Shown piece after piece: positions 1 through 10,242 of a stretch of DNA of 64,000 nucleotides. Location of the stretch: positions 32,001 to 96,000 of the forward strand of contig QMVG01000003.1 in the NCBI GenBank assembly GCA_003660975.1, written 5' to 3'. Source of the DNA: Candidatus Micrarchaeota archaeon (lineage in GTDB: Archaea > B1Sed10-29 > B47-G15). A program made the translations under genes and the position numbers. How positions within the stretch are numbered: position 1 is the first letter of the stretch; every line of letters starts with the position of its first letter. The notes under the pieces were generated by a model, which did not search any database, was not told the origin of the DNA, and saw nothing but the letters and a program-made list of their open reading frames with translations.

Positions 1-1047
1 TGCTGTGTCTGTTGCCCCTCCGCCTGCCCACGCTGAAAAGGTAGCAGTGGAGAACCAGATATGGCTCCTGTTTTGGCCGAAGCTTAGGGAATCTGTTGAT
101 ATCTCCTGCCAATCTCCATTGCATTTGAAGTTTTCACTGTCAAAGTCAGGACATCTAAAAAGTTGACTAACATAACTGCTTTTCCTCATTGTTATGTTAG
201 CATAGCCAAAATTATTCAGGTTTTCGACAAGTATAACTGGCGTGACAATCCTTAGACCATTCACTCTTTCGTTATAATCTCCAATAATAACTGATGCTTG
301 CTCTCCTTTTCTTATGTTTTTTATCATGATGTTTACGTCTTTGTCATCCAACATAGCGTCAAAAGTATCAGGACTGCTGTTTGTGGTTATAACAGTTCCA
401 ATATCTCTATTATATTTGTCCTTAAAAGCAATGTTATAAGCAAAAGGCCCCTCGCGTTTTATTATAAGCCAACTTTCATTTTCCCTCTCCTTAACAATAA
501 AGCTGGTCTCTGCAATTGCTTTTCTCGTGTAGAAAAAGACCTGATAAAAACCTGGCTCATCTGTGGAGTATGCAAGGGAGAAGTCCCTAATTACGAACTC
601 CTCAGTACTCTTGTCTGGCTTCACTATTTGAATAAGACCCTCTCTTTCGTTTGACTTTAATGTTATCTGTTCTCCGAGCTCATACACCTCTTTGTCAGCA
701 GAGATGCAAAGCTTTTGCTCTGTTTCAGTGCCTGTATTGTTTTCATATCCTTCACTTGTATTGAAATCATTGCTTGCATTATTTTGGACAAGTTCTTGGC
801 TCGAAGATACATTAGCATCCAAGGTATTGTTTACAGTCTGGTTAAAAGAAAGGGCAGGGAGGAACAGCATGGCAAGCAGAAGCAGAGAGAGGAATATGCC
901 TGCTTTTCCTCCCTTCTTTGATGCTGAGACAGGGCCAGCGGATTGGATGACAGAAAGTGAAGGCCCTATCTCCTTTCTGAGCATAAGGGAAAAGGTATGA
1001 AAATCGAAAATACTCTCAACTAAGCCTGTGAAAATTGAAACTTTCAT
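1..1047 (-). CDS. Large secreted/surface glycoprotein, 5' part (runs off the window edge)
   Basis: Read by hand, not in the ORF track. Open minus frame from ATG 1047 to base 1, with hydrophobic signal-like stretch GIFLSLLLLAMLFLPALS, many N-x-S/T sequons and the motif FRCPDFDSENFKCNGDW...FSAWAGG. Start codon uncertain. Confidence 0.7.
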   Translation of the reverse strand, partial: MKVSIFTGLVESIFDFHTFSLMLRKEIGPSLSVIQSAGPVSASKKGGKAGIFLSLLLLAMLFLPALSFNQTVNNTLDANVSSSQELVQNNASNDFNTSEGYENNTGTETEQKLCISADKEVYELGEQITLKSNEREGLIQIVKPDKSTEEFVIRDFSLAYSTDEPGFYQVFFYTRKAIAETSFIVKERENESWLIIKREGPFAYNIAFKDKYNRDIGTVITTNSSPDTFDAMLDDKDVNIMIKNIRKGEQASVIIGDYNERVNGLRIVTPVILVENLNNFGYANITMRKSSYVSQLFRCPDFDSENFKCNGDWQEISTDSLSFGQNRSHIWFSTATFSAWAGGGATDTA

Positions 1048-1057
1048 CCAATCCGCT
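937..1057. repeat. Perfect 14-bp inverted repeat with 93-bp spacer
   Basis: AGCGGATTGGATGA (937-950) and TCATCCAATCCGCT (1044-1057). Confidence 0.85.
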
Positions 1058-1146
1058 TCTAATAAGTGCTTTAGAAATAAATAGCTATCGCCTATTGCGT
1101 TGTTTTTGCAATATCTCGTTTATTATCATTAAGTAGCATAAAAAAA

Positions 1147-1221
1147 CGGGCCCGGTGGGATTCGAACCCACGATCTGCGGCTTAGAAGGCCGCCGCATTA
1201 TCCAGGCTATGCTACGGACCC
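1147..1221 (-). tRNA. tRNA-Arg(UCU)
   Basis: Reverse complement GGGTCCG...CGGGCCCG; anticodon arm GCGGC-CT-TCT-AA-GCCGC; T-loop GTTCGAATC; no encoded CCA. Confidence 0.95.
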
Positions 1222-2943
1222 TTACATTCTATCTGGAGCTTCAATCCCAAGCAAACTAAGCGCATTTTTTACAACATTTATGAATGCTTTTACAAGAGCA
1301 ACCCTGCTTGCTTTCAGCTTTTCATCAGCTGCTTTAAGCACAGGACAGCTCTCATAAAACATTGAATATGTGTGAACCAAGTCAAGCAGGTACTGGGCTA
1401 TCAGCTGTGGCTTGTATTCTGCAGCTTTCTTGACTACATTAGGATATTCTGCTATTTTCATTATTAACTCTTTCTCTTCCCTGCTTGACAGTAATGCAGG
1501 ATTTCCAGCAGTTTTGCTTTCACCTAATTTTTTTAAGATGCTATTGGCCCTTGCATATGCATACTGGACATAAGGTCCTGTGTCTCCTTCAAACCTGATT
1601 GCATCTTCCTTGTTGAAGTATATGTCTCTTCTCATGTCTGTTTTTAGCATAGCAAATTTAATGGCCCCAAGAGCAATTTTCCTTGCAGTTTCTTCTATAA
1701 ACCTTTCATCCGCATCTGGATTTCTCTTTGCAGTTTCATAGCGAGCCAGCTCTACCACTTCATTTACTAAGTCATCAAGCCACACAACAATGCCTTTTCT
1801 CGAACTCATCTTGCCTTCTGGCAAATAAACCATTCCATACCAGAGATGAATGCATTTATCCACGATAGGATAATCAAGAAGCTCCAGTATTTTGAACAAC
1901 TGCTGAAAATACAGTTTGTGGTCTGCTGCGACCACGTAAAGAGAGATGTCTGGATTGAACTTTTCTAGTTTCTCATAGGCAAGGGCTATATCATTTGTTA
2001 TGTATATGCTTGTGCCGTCTGCCCTCAAGACCACCTTATCTGGAAGACCATATCTCTCTAATGGTGCTATTACGGCTCCGCTTTCGTCCTTTTTGAATAC
2101 TCCCTTTCTGAGAGCTTCCATGACTATCTCTTTTCCCCTTTCGTACATCTCTTCCTCATAAAAATAAACGTCAAACTCCGTGCCCAGCATTTTATATGTT
2201 TCCTCTCTTCCCTTTTCTGCCCATGATATTATCTTTTTCCATAGCTCCATTACATCGGGGTCTCCTGCCTCCCATTTCTGCAGCATTTTTTGTGCTTCTT
2301 CATTTAGTGATGGGTCCTCTTCTGCCTTCTTCGTGAACATTATGTAATATTTTCCAACAAAGTGGTCTGCTTTCATGCCACTGCTTTCTGGAGTGGCTCC
2401 ATGCCCCCATTTTAAATAACCTAGCATTGCCTTGCATATTGCTATTCCTCTGTTGTTTATGAGATTTGCTTTTACAACCTTATAGCCATTTGCCTCCAAG
2501 ATTCTGGCTATTGCCATGCCAAGAACATTGTTCCTTAGGTGGCCAACGTGCTGAGGTTTATTTGGGTTCGGCTGTGAGTATTCAAGCAAGACCTTTAATC
2601 CATTGCCACTGTCATTCTGCCCATAGCTTTCATCTTTAGCCTCTTTTAACACCTGTTCAGCAAAGTCCTCCCAATCCAGGTAAAAGTTTATGTAAGGGCC
2701 TGCTGTTTTGACTTCTTTGATAAGGCCAGATTTTTTTATTTTCCCTGCAATTTCCTCAGCTACTTCTTTTGGATTCCTCTTTTTTTGTTTTGCTATTTCA
2801 AAAGCTATGGTGCAAGACAAATCTCCCAGAGACGGGTTAGGAGGAGTGGATATATGTTCCTCTTCAATCCTCATACCACTTGCTGCTTCAACAGCTTTCT
2901 TAACATCATCAACGAATCTGTCAAAGGCGTACATTACCATCAC
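1222..2943 (-). CDS. argS: Arginine--tRNA ligase
   Basis: EYSQPNPNKPQHVGHLRN (HIGH), KMSSRKG, GDTGPYVQYAYAR, C-terminal PDRM. Confidence 0.97.
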   Translation of the reverse strand: MMVMYAFDRFVDDVKKAVEAASGMRIEEEHISTPPNPSLGDLSCTIAFEIAKQKKRNPKEVAEEIAGKIKKSGLIKEVKTAGPYINFYLDWEDFAEQVLKEAKDESYGQNDSGNGLKVLLEYSQPNPNKPQHVGHLRNNVLGMAIARILEANGYKVVKANLINNRGIAICKAMLGYLKWGHGATPESSGMKADHFVGKYYIMFTKKAEEDPSLNEEAQKMLQKWEAGDPDVMELWKKIISWAEKGREETYKMLGTEFDVYFYEEEMYERGKEIVMEALRKGVFKKDESGAVIAPLERYGLPDKVVLRADGTSIYITNDIALAYEKLEKFNPDISLYVVAADHKLYFQQLFKILELLDYPIVDKCIHLWYGMVYLPEGKMSSRKGIVVWLDDLVNEVVELARYETAKRNPDADERFIEETARKIALGAIKFAMLKTDMRRDIYFNKEDAIRFEGDTGPYVQYAYARANSILKKLGESKTAGNPALLSSREEKELIMKIAEYPNVVKKAAEYKPQLIAQYLLDLVHTYSMFYESCPVLKAADEKLKASRVALVKAFINVVKNALSLLGIEAPDRM

Positions 2944-2979
2944 TTAAATTGTAAACCAAGAAAAATAAAAAGAGTGAGG

Positions 2980-3324
2980 CTATTCTACTTTTATGCGCCT
3001 GCCTCTCTTTCCCCTACGCTTCAATGCTCTGCTGTGTTCCTCATTTATCTTTAATATAGGCCCAAAAAACCTATTTATCTTCCTGTTTATAATCCAGGAC
3101 ATTACGATAGACAGGATCAGATAGGACGTAAAGATGAAGATTAAGATGCCTCCCAATATTGAGGCAAACAAGAGTATAATCTTGTAAATTAAGTCTCCTG
3201 GGGATATGACAACCCATATGAAGTTTATTACTCCCAGTGTGAGTATTAGCGCAAAGAAAACAACAACAGCACCTTCTTTCCCAAGCAGTTTTATAATCAA
3301 CTTAATTTTGTTAATTACTTCCAT
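2980..3324 (-). CDS. Small two-helix membrane protein
   Basis: Two hydrophobic segments and a basic tail; co-oriented between the phosphomutase gene and argS. Confidence 0.6.
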   Translation of the reverse strand: MEVINKIKLIIKLLGKEGAVVVFFALILTLGVINFIWVVISPGDLIYKIILLFASILGGILIFIFTSYLILSIVMSWIINRKINRFFGPILKINEEHSRALKRRGKRGRRIKVE

Positions 3325-3336
3325 ATTCTAAGCAAC

Positions 3337-4659
3337 TCAATTCTCTTTTATTAACTTTTCTACAACAGCTTTTAGCTCACTTAACATTTTTTCAGCACTT
3401 TCCTTACTGTCAAATTCCCCCTTTATCCTTATTGTGTCCTCTGTATTGCTTGGCCTAATGGCAAACCACCCTCCTTTTCCGCTGACCCTAACACCATCTA
3501 TTGTTATTGGATTCCAATCGTTATAGATTTGCTTGAGCTTCACTACAACCATCTCTTTCTTTTCCTCAGGGCAGTGTATATTTGCTTTTATTGGATACCA
3601 ACTGGGCAGTTCGCTTACTAGCTTACTCAAACTGCCTTTCATAGCCACTATTTCAGCCATTCTCAAAGCAGCATATATGCCGTCGTCATAGCCAAAATAG
3701 TCATCGTGAAAGAAGTAATGACCAGAAGCCTCGGCAGCAAAAACAGCGTTGTAATCAAAAAGTATTCTCCTTATGTTTGTGTGTCCTGTTGGACTTATCA
3801 TAGCCACTCCTCCACTACTCTCAATGGTTTTTCTTATAAGTTCAGATGCCATTATGTCAAATACTACCTTTCCTTTCTGCTTCGCAAGCACATCTTTTAT
3901 GAAGAGCATGCTGCTTTGAGTGCCTGACAAAATCCTTCCTTTATCATCCACAAAGACCACTCTATCTGCATCTCCATCAGTAGCTACGCCGATGTCTGCA
4001 TTTTCTCTTATTACTGTTTCTTTGAGCTCGCTTAGCCTTTCTTCTATGTCTGGATTTGGGTCTCCCTTTGGAAAGTTTCCGTCTGGCTCTCCGTTTAGCA
4101 CTATGACATCATTTCCCAATCTCTTTAGTATTGGCTCAAGAGCAAGAGCTCCAACACCATTCATTGCATCAATCACAATTTTCAAGCCTTCAAATTCAAA
4201 TTTACTGCTTAGATAATCTATGTAATCAGGGAGCACCTCTTTTTTCTCTATTTTCCCAGCTCCAATCCTAAAAGCATTTTCCTTAATTATTCTTTCTATC
4301 TTTTTTAGCTCTTCTCCACCCAGTGTCCTCAAGCCCCTACACAGCTTCACCCCATTATATTCCTTTGGGTTGTGGGAGGCTGTTATCATAGCAGCAGCTA
4401 TCTTATTGTAGAAAGCTGCTGAGAAGTATAATACAGGAGTGGGGACAAGACCTATGTCTATGGCATCACAACCAGTGTCGTTTAGGCCTTTTATGAAAGC
4501 GTTTTTTAATAATGGTGATGAGAGGCGCCCGTCCATGCCCACAAAGGCAGTATCTGCGTTTAGATATGTTGCATATGCTCTGCCAATGTCCTCCACAAGC
4601 TTCTCTGTAAGCTCTTTTCCGTACACGCCCCGTACGTCATATGCTCTGAATACTGACAT
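3337..4659 (-). CDS. Phosphomannomutase/phosphoglucomutase
   Basis: FRAYDVRG N-terminus (start moved to ATG 4659), TASHNP phosphoserine loop, DGDADR metal loop, EASGH. Confidence 0.93.
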   Translation of the reverse strand: MSVFRAYDVRGVYGKELTEKLVEDIGRAYATYLNADTAFVGMDGRLSSPLLKNAFIKGLNDTGCDAIDIGLVPTPVLYFSAAFYNKIAAAMITASHNPKEYNGVKLCRGLRTLGGEELKKIERIIKENAFRIGAGKIEKKEVLPDYIDYLSSKFEFEGLKIVIDAMNGVGALALEPILKRLGNDVIVLNGEPDGNFPKGDPNPDIEERLSELKETVIRENADIGVATDGDADRVVFVDDKGRILSGTQSSMLFIKDVLAKQKGKVVFDIMASELIRKTIESSGGVAMISPTGHTNIRRILFDYNAVFAAEASGHYFFHDDYFGYDDGIYAALRMAEIVAMKGSLSKLVSELPSWYPIKANIHCPEEKKEMVVVKLKQIYNDWNPITIDGVRVSGKGGWFAIRPSNTEDTIRIKGEFDSKESAEKMLSELKAVVEKLIKEN

Positions 4660-4736
4660 GGTGAAATTTAGAGATAGAAGAATATTTAAAACACAGCGTT
4701 GTAATAATATCAATGAATTTCGTAGGCAATTCTGAC

Positions 4737-6992
4737 ATGAAATTGAAGGTTTTAGAAGATGATACGCACATCTTTGTAGGCAGAAAGAAAAGCATACATG
4801 AAAAATATGGTATTGAAGGCAGCTTGCTGTTTGGCAAATCCTTAGAGAAAGAGAAGTTTGGAAAGCTGGTTCATTTGGATGCAATATCTCCTCACGTTAT
4901 ATTTATTTGTGGTGCGAGAGGTTCAGGCAAATCATATGATTTAGGAGTTATTGCAGAAGAGATAATTACAAAGAACCCGAACCTTGCAGCTGTTGTGATA
5001 GACCCTGTGGGTATCTTCTGGTCTATGAAGCACCCTAACAAAGAGGAAAGAGAGGTCAAAGACCTCTTGGAATGGGGACTTGAGCCAAAAGGTCTGGAAA
5101 GCACAAAGGTTTTTATCCCCTATGGTTTGAAGGAAAGCATCCCGAAGGACACATACGATGCTTTGTTTTCTATAAAACCATCTGAACTGACTGTTGACGA
5201 CTGGTGTCTGACCTTTGGCCTTGAAAGGTTCTCGCCAACCAGTCTGCTCCTTGAGAAGGCAATTGAGAAAGCCAAGGCAAAGAAAAGAAATTTTTCCATA
5301 GATGACTTGATAAGAGTTATTGAGAAGGACAAGGAGCTTATCAGCAGAGAGAAGGGATATAGTATAAGCACAAGAAGGGCTTTGCTATCAAGGCTGGAGG
5401 CTGCAAAATCCTGGGGCATTCTCTCAGAAGAAGGCACGAGCTTGTCCGAGATATGTATGGAGGGTATTGTTAGCGTTATAGATATCTCATTTTTGGAAGA
5501 GAATGTATCTTCTTTGGTCATAGGCATGCTCGCCAGGAAAATATTAAATGCAAGGAAAAAGGTTACGAGGCAGGCTTCTATGAAGAAATACGCTATGTCT
5601 GATATAGATGAGCTTTTGGATGTTGAGATTCCGCCAACATGGCTGTTCATAGATGAAGCCCATACACTCATTCCTTCAGGAGGCCTGAAGACAGCAGCCA
5701 CTGACTCTTTAATAGAATATGTTAAGCAGGGAAGAAGACCTGGCTGCTCGCTGGTCTTTGCAACGCAGCAGCCCTCAGCGATAGATACAAAAGTGCTCTC
5801 CCAACTGGATATTCTTATAACTCACAAGCTTGTTTTTGAAGAAGACATAAAAGCAGTTATGAAAAGAGTGCCAACAGTGGTCCCAGATGAGTACAGGAAG
5901 GCATCATTCATAAGGAGCTTGCCAATAGGCGTTGCTCTGCTTGCTGACAGGAGCGAGCAGAGTTCGAGGGCGTTTACAGTTAAGGTGAGACCTAGGTTTT
6001 CTCAGCATGAAGGCAGGGAAACTACAAGCATAGAGTTGGACGAGAACTTTGATGAGGAAACAATAAGGAAGATGATAGTTGAGCTAATATACAAAAAACT
6101 ACAATCAGAAGGTCGCATGCCTCTGCGGAAGCTAGAAACACTGGCCGACACTTTGAAGAGGAGATATAAAGTTAAGATAGAAACAGACGAGATAATACAT
6201 TATTTGGTGGAGAATAAAAACTGCGAGGTTAGAGAGGGAGCGCTGTGGCTAGGAGGTAAAATGCCTTCTTACGAAGAAGAGGCTTTAGAGGAAAAAAGCT
6301 CAACCGAGCTCAGCCAGAAAGCGCTACCTGTTTTGATAAGTGAAGAAAAAGCAAAGCAAATTGCAGAAAAGCGCAAAAAAGAGAAATTGCTTGGATTGTT
6401 TGGAAAAGAGGAAAAGGTCAAGAGCATTGAACTTGTTTACTCCCCTGTCTATATGCTTTCGTATTCAAGAAAATCAGAGCGCGGTTCTATTCCATCGCGC
6501 TGCTTTGTTAGTCCTGATTATGAACTTCTCTTCTTTGGCAAGAAAGGCCTTCAAAAGACAAAGTCAATAAACATGCTTTTGGACCTTTCTGATAAGAAAT
6601 TTAGGGTCTTTAAGGAACTTAGGGCTGCTTGGTTGACCAGAAAGCAGGTTCAAGAAAAGACACTACTCACTGCGCAGGCTGCTGCCAAATACCTCAGAGA
6701 ACTTGTTGGTGCTGGCCTTGTGGAGAGAAAGGGAGAAAAGTACAGGGCAAAGAATCTGGACGTGCCCAATGATATACTGTCTGCAAGTTTCAGCCTTGAA
6801 AATGTGGACCTGGTCAAGCCAAGAAACGCCAAAGTAGAGGAAATCAAATGCAATGAGAAGAGAATCCAGTCTATACCTAAACTTTTTGGCCCTGCTATAA
6901 TTGATAGTGTTGATATCGTACTTCTTCCAAAGTGGCGGGTTACATACGAATCTGCAGGGAAATCCAGGATAGAGGAGTTCTTTGCTTTATAA
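4737..6992 (+). CDS. HerA/FtsK-like ATPase (DUF87-type) with C-terminal winged-helix-containing extension
   Basis: Walker A GARGSGKS, Walker B LFIDEAH, QGRRPG and ATQQPS motifs; HTH-like AAKYLRELVGAGLVERKG near the C-terminus. Confidence 0.85.
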   Translation: MKLKVLEDDTHIFVGRKKSIHEKYGIEGSLLFGKSLEKEKFGKLVHLDAISPHVIFICGARGSGKSYDLGVIAEEIITKNPNLAAVVIDPVGIFWSMKHPNKEEREVKDLLEWGLEPKGLESTKVFIPYGLKESIPKDTYDALFSIKPSELTVDDWCLTFGLERFSPTSLLLEKAIEKAKAKKRNFSIDDLIRVIEKDKELISREKGYSISTRRALLSRLEAAKSWGILSEEGTSLSEICMEGIVSVIDISFLEENVSSLVIGMLARKILNARKKVTRQASMKKYAMSDIDELLDVEIPPTWLFIDEAHTLIPSGGLKTAATDSLIEYVKQGRRPGCSLVFATQQPSAIDTKVLSQLDILITHKLVFEEDIKAVMKRVPTVVPDEYRKASFIRSLPIGVALLADRSEQSSRAFTVKVRPRFSQHEGRETTSIELDENFDEETIRKMIVELIYKKLQSEGRMPLRKLETLADTLKRRYKVKIETDEIIHYLVENKNCEVREGALWLGGKMPSYEEEALEEKSSTELSQKALPVLISEEKAKQIAEKRKKEKLLGLFGKEEKVKSIELVYSPVYMLSYSRKSERGSIPSRCFVSPDYELLFFGKKGLQKTKSINMLLDLSDKKFRVFKELRAAWLTRKQVQEKTLLTAQAAAKYLRELVGAGLVERKGEKYRAKNLDVPNDILSASFSLENVDLVKPRNAKVEEIKCNEKRIQSIPKLFGPAIIDSVDIVLLPKWRVTYESAGKSRIEEFFAL

Positions 6993-7053
6993 CCTTTTTT
7001 TAGTGGTAACAAAAAATGTTTTAATATGTTAAACAGAAAAAGATACGGATACT

Positions 7054-10000
7054 ATGAAACGCTATGCTCCATTTTTGATTTTCCTATTCTTCTTTATCTC
7101 AATTGCTCACTCATATATTATTGTAGAGGCAAATTCCTCCAATGCGAGTTATAATGGCATTATAGGTCTTAATATTACAGTTTATAACAGCAGTGGTTCG
7201 GCTGTGGCCAACGTCAGTTTAAACCTCAGTGTTATGGGCAGCCCTTCTTGGGCTAGCTGCTCTGTTGACTCAAATACATCTGAAAACGGAAAAGCCAATG
7301 CTTCCTGCTCTTTTAACAACGCAATTAACGGCACATATAATTTCAGTGTTCATTCAGCAAGCTATGGAGACAATAATAGCGTCCAATTCAGAATTCTTCA
7401 GCACGATGAGAAACCTATTTTTAGTGTAAATAGTTCCATAGCTTATTCGGAGAAAAACAGTGTCACTAAATTTGAACTATATGTTATAAATAAAAATAAC
7501 TACCAAACTGAGTTTAATTTTTCCCATAGCAATATATCTGATTTTAATTGTTCTTTCAATAACAGTTTAATGTCCCTACCCCCTATATCTACTCTTTATA
7601 CCAATATCTTCTCCTGCTCTGTAAACAATAGCGTGGCCGCAGGCAGTTATAACATCACTATATGGGTGAATGCAAGCAATAACAAAAGCATCTCGTCTGA
7701 ATTAAATCTTACATTGCACGTGAGACCAAGGCATAACTTCACACTGTCAAATCTAAGTAATACAAGAGGCAGCATTGAAGCTGGTAAGAGTTTCAGCTTT
7801 ACCTTCCTGCTAAATAACACAGGAGAAACTGCAGTTAACTATTCTATAAACCCAACTGCAAATAATTCGTGGGCGTGTGGTGTGAATGCCTCTAACGTTG
7901 TAGACCTCCAAGTAAACAAAACTGTGAATATAAGCGTTAGTTTCAGGACAAGTGTCACAGCACCATACAACGAAACTGGTGTTTGCACTGTAACTGTCAC
8001 AGATAGTTATGGGCTGGAAAAAAACATAAGCTTCAATTTAAGCGCTGATAAGCATTACAATTTATCTCTTCACCTACCAAGGTCACCAGTAGACAACTTC
8101 GATGACGGAAATCTGAGTTTTCTGCTTAATGTTTCAAACGACGGCAACAGTGGTTTGAGCTTCAATATTTCAGTAGATAGCAGCTCAGCAAATTGGAATA
8201 TCTCGTGGAACATAAGCTCTACCAATGATTCCACAAAACAACACATAAAGAACCTGTCATATTTTATACAAAACTTCTCGCTCACAACAATTAACATCTC
8301 CGTGGTGAAGCCACAGGACGCCAAATGCGGGGACAGCACAACGCTTTGGGTGGAGCTTAGCTCTGCCCATACAGATAAAATCGTAAGGAGCATACGCGTT
8401 GAGTATCCATGTCTAAAAGCTGTCCCCGCTATCACATATAATCACAGCTCAAAGTTGCTTTCCATTATAATTCCAAATGTTACAAAAGGAGGTGAAACAC
8501 TCAACAGGACCGAGGCAGTTATAAACTTAACAATAAGTGATTCTGATGGCAACAGCATCTTTAGTGTAAGTAATATGACAGTTGACAAGACATACAACAA
8601 AAGTCTAAGCAATACGGCTGCAAGCAGTTTTAGGTTGCATCTGCACCTAAAGAAGAACGGCAGTTCGGACATTGTAAATGACATATACGCCAACTTTGCA
8701 ATATATGACAGCATTGATTTATACGTAAGGCCAACATATAGTCCAGTGGAACGAGGGGATACTATAAGCTTTACAGTCGAGAGCAAATTGGAAGATAAAT
8801 GGCTAAATCCGTCAATCAGTTGCACACGTGAGGGGTCTAAAAACTGTGGAATATGGCTTGAAAACTGCCGCTGGCTTGAGAATTCAGGCACATCAAGGAC
8901 ATACAGATGTGATATAAAAGACAATGCTCTGCTTGGCAGCTTTGATGTAAGCTTTTCTGTGGAAGCGTCTTCGTGTGCTGATAGCACAAACATAACTTGC
9001 ACATATGATCCAAAGCTCTCAGCATCAGATGACTGCACAGTCAATATTAGGGAATCTGAAGACAATAATCAGAACAGTCAAGACCAACAAGAGAATCAGT
9101 CAGAATCCTCTCAGGAGGAGCAGGCCTCAGCTCCAAAGCTGAGTATAAAAAATTTGAAGCAAGGAGAGGTCTTCAAGAACACCAAAGTGCTTTCAGGAGG
9201 TTTTGTGATATTGGTGGAAAACGATGGAGGAGCTGGGCAGCTATCTGCATCTATTAATGAGCTTGGAGCCGTGAAGCACTTCTATCTTGATATTGACTAC
9301 AACCAAAGCATTGAAGCGAACTCCACAGCGAGATTGGTTATGAAGATAAAACCAATTGAGAATACAAAGCCAGGGGTTTACAATATAATGCTCAAAGTCA
9401 ATGACTTGATGCGAACATTTAAAGTTCCAGTGATGCCACCAGAGGACAATAAAAATTGGCATAGGTTCTTTGAAGTAGCAAAAAATGGCAGCACTATCAT
9501 TACATTGCGCGTGAAAAACACAAGGAATGGGCCAAACAATTTTACTGTTACTGAGAGAATACCAAAAGAGGCAGCTAGGACAGCAGACGGGGTATTTGTA
9601 ATAAGCCCAAGTGATTATGTAGTAATAGAAAAGGATCCAGTTATAAAGTGGATAGTGAAAGATGTAGCTCCTGGCAGGGAATTTGACATAGTATATATGA
9701 TTGGTAGGAATGTGACGAACATTAATTTCCCGAAGCCAGAAATAGGAGAGTCATATATATACAGCGTGGGAAGGCAGGCCCATATCGTAGCAGCTGGAAT
9801 AAGCCGCAACCCACAGGCCCTCTTGGTGCTTTTTGGTGTTTTAATATCTGCTTCAATATGGTTCTTTATGTATAAGAAGGGCCTGCTCGAGCCAAAAGCA
9901 TATTATATACCGCGCGCTCCGAAAAAGCAGAAGAGAAGAGCCGGAGCAGAAGATTTTGTTATGCAATATTCTCTAGATGCCAACAAGGAAAGGCATTCTG

Positions 10001-10242
10001 TATACGGTCCAGTATTGGCTGAATACTCTCTTTTCCCTGAGAGGCAAAGCCCACCAAAAGAGAAAGTAGCCGCAGAAAAAAAGCCTGAAAAGAAGAAGGT
10101 TAAGGAAAAACAGGGGCATTCTCGCAGACCTGCTCTGCTAAAGCTTCCTAAGATAAAAGCCCTTAATGCCTTTCCTATCATAAAAAAGAAAAGAGATAAG
10201 AAGAAAAGCAAGAAAAAAACGAAAAAGAAATCAAGGCGTTAG
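7054..10242 (+). CDS. Large membrane-anchored surface glycoprotein with Ig-like repeats
   Basis: Signal peptide, dense N-x-S/T sequons, beta-rich repeats, Gln/Glu linker, C-terminal TM helix and Lys-rich cytoplasmic tail. Confidence 0.8.
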   Translation: MKRYAPFLIFLFFFISIAHSYIIVEANSSNASYNGIIGLNITVYNSSGSAVANVSLNLSVMGSPSWASCSVDSNTSENGKANASCSFNNAINGTYNFSVHSASYGDNNSVQFRILQHDEKPIFSVNSSIAYSEKNSVTKFELYVINKNNYQTEFNFSHSNISDFNCSFNNSLMSLPPISTLYTNIFSCSVNNSVAAGSYNITIWVNASNNKSISSELNLTLHVRPRHNFTLSNLSNTRGSIEAGKSFSFTFLLNNTGETAVNYSINPTANNSWACGVNASNVVDLQVNKTVNISVSFRTSVTAPYNETGVCTVTVTDSYGLEKNISFNLSADKHYNLSLHLPRSPVDNFDDGNLSFLLNVSNDGNSGLSFNISVDSSSANWNISWNISSTNDSTKQHIKNLSYFIQNFSLTTINISVVKPQDAKCGDSTTLWVELSSAHTDKIVRSIRVEYPCLKAVPAITYNHSSKLLSIIIPNVTKGGETLNRTEAVINLTISDSDGNSIFSVSNMTVDKTYNKSLSNTAASSFRLHLHLKKNGSSDIVNDIYANFAIYDSIDLYVRPTYSPVERGDTISFTVESKLEDKWLNPSISCTREGSKNCGIWLENCRWLENSGTSRTYRCDIKDNALLGSFDVSFSVEASSCADSTNITCTYDPKLSASDDCTVNIRESEDNNQNSQDQQENQSESSQEEQASAPKLSIKNLKQGEVFKNTKVLSGGFVILVENDGGAGQLSASINELGAVKHFYLDIDYNQSIEANSTARLVMKIKPIENTKPGVYNIMLKVNDLMRTFKVPVMPPEDNKNWHRFFEVAKNGSTIITLRVKNTRNGPNNFTVTERIPKEAARTADGVFVISPSDYVVIEKDPVIKWIVKDVAPGREFDIVYMIGRNVTNINFPKPEIGESYIYSVGRQAHIVAAGISRNPQALLVLFGVLISASIWFFMYKKGLLEPKAYYIPRAPKKQKRRAGAEDFVMQYSLDANKERHSVYGPVLAEYSLFPERQSPPKEKVAAEKKPEKKKVKEKQGHSRRPALLKLPKIKALNAFPIIKKKRDKKKSKKKTKKKSRR

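Noticed and set aside
298-1000. Plus-strand ORFs 298-654, 692-1000 and 715-921, and similar Ser/Phe/Leu-rich antisense ORFs throughout the window
   Set aside because: They are shadows of real genes on the opposite strand and have no motifs.
4660-4884. 75-aa N-terminal extension of the phosphomutase in the ORF track
   Set aside because: It overlaps the divergent ATPase gene and the shared promoter region; the family N-terminus starts at ATG 4659.
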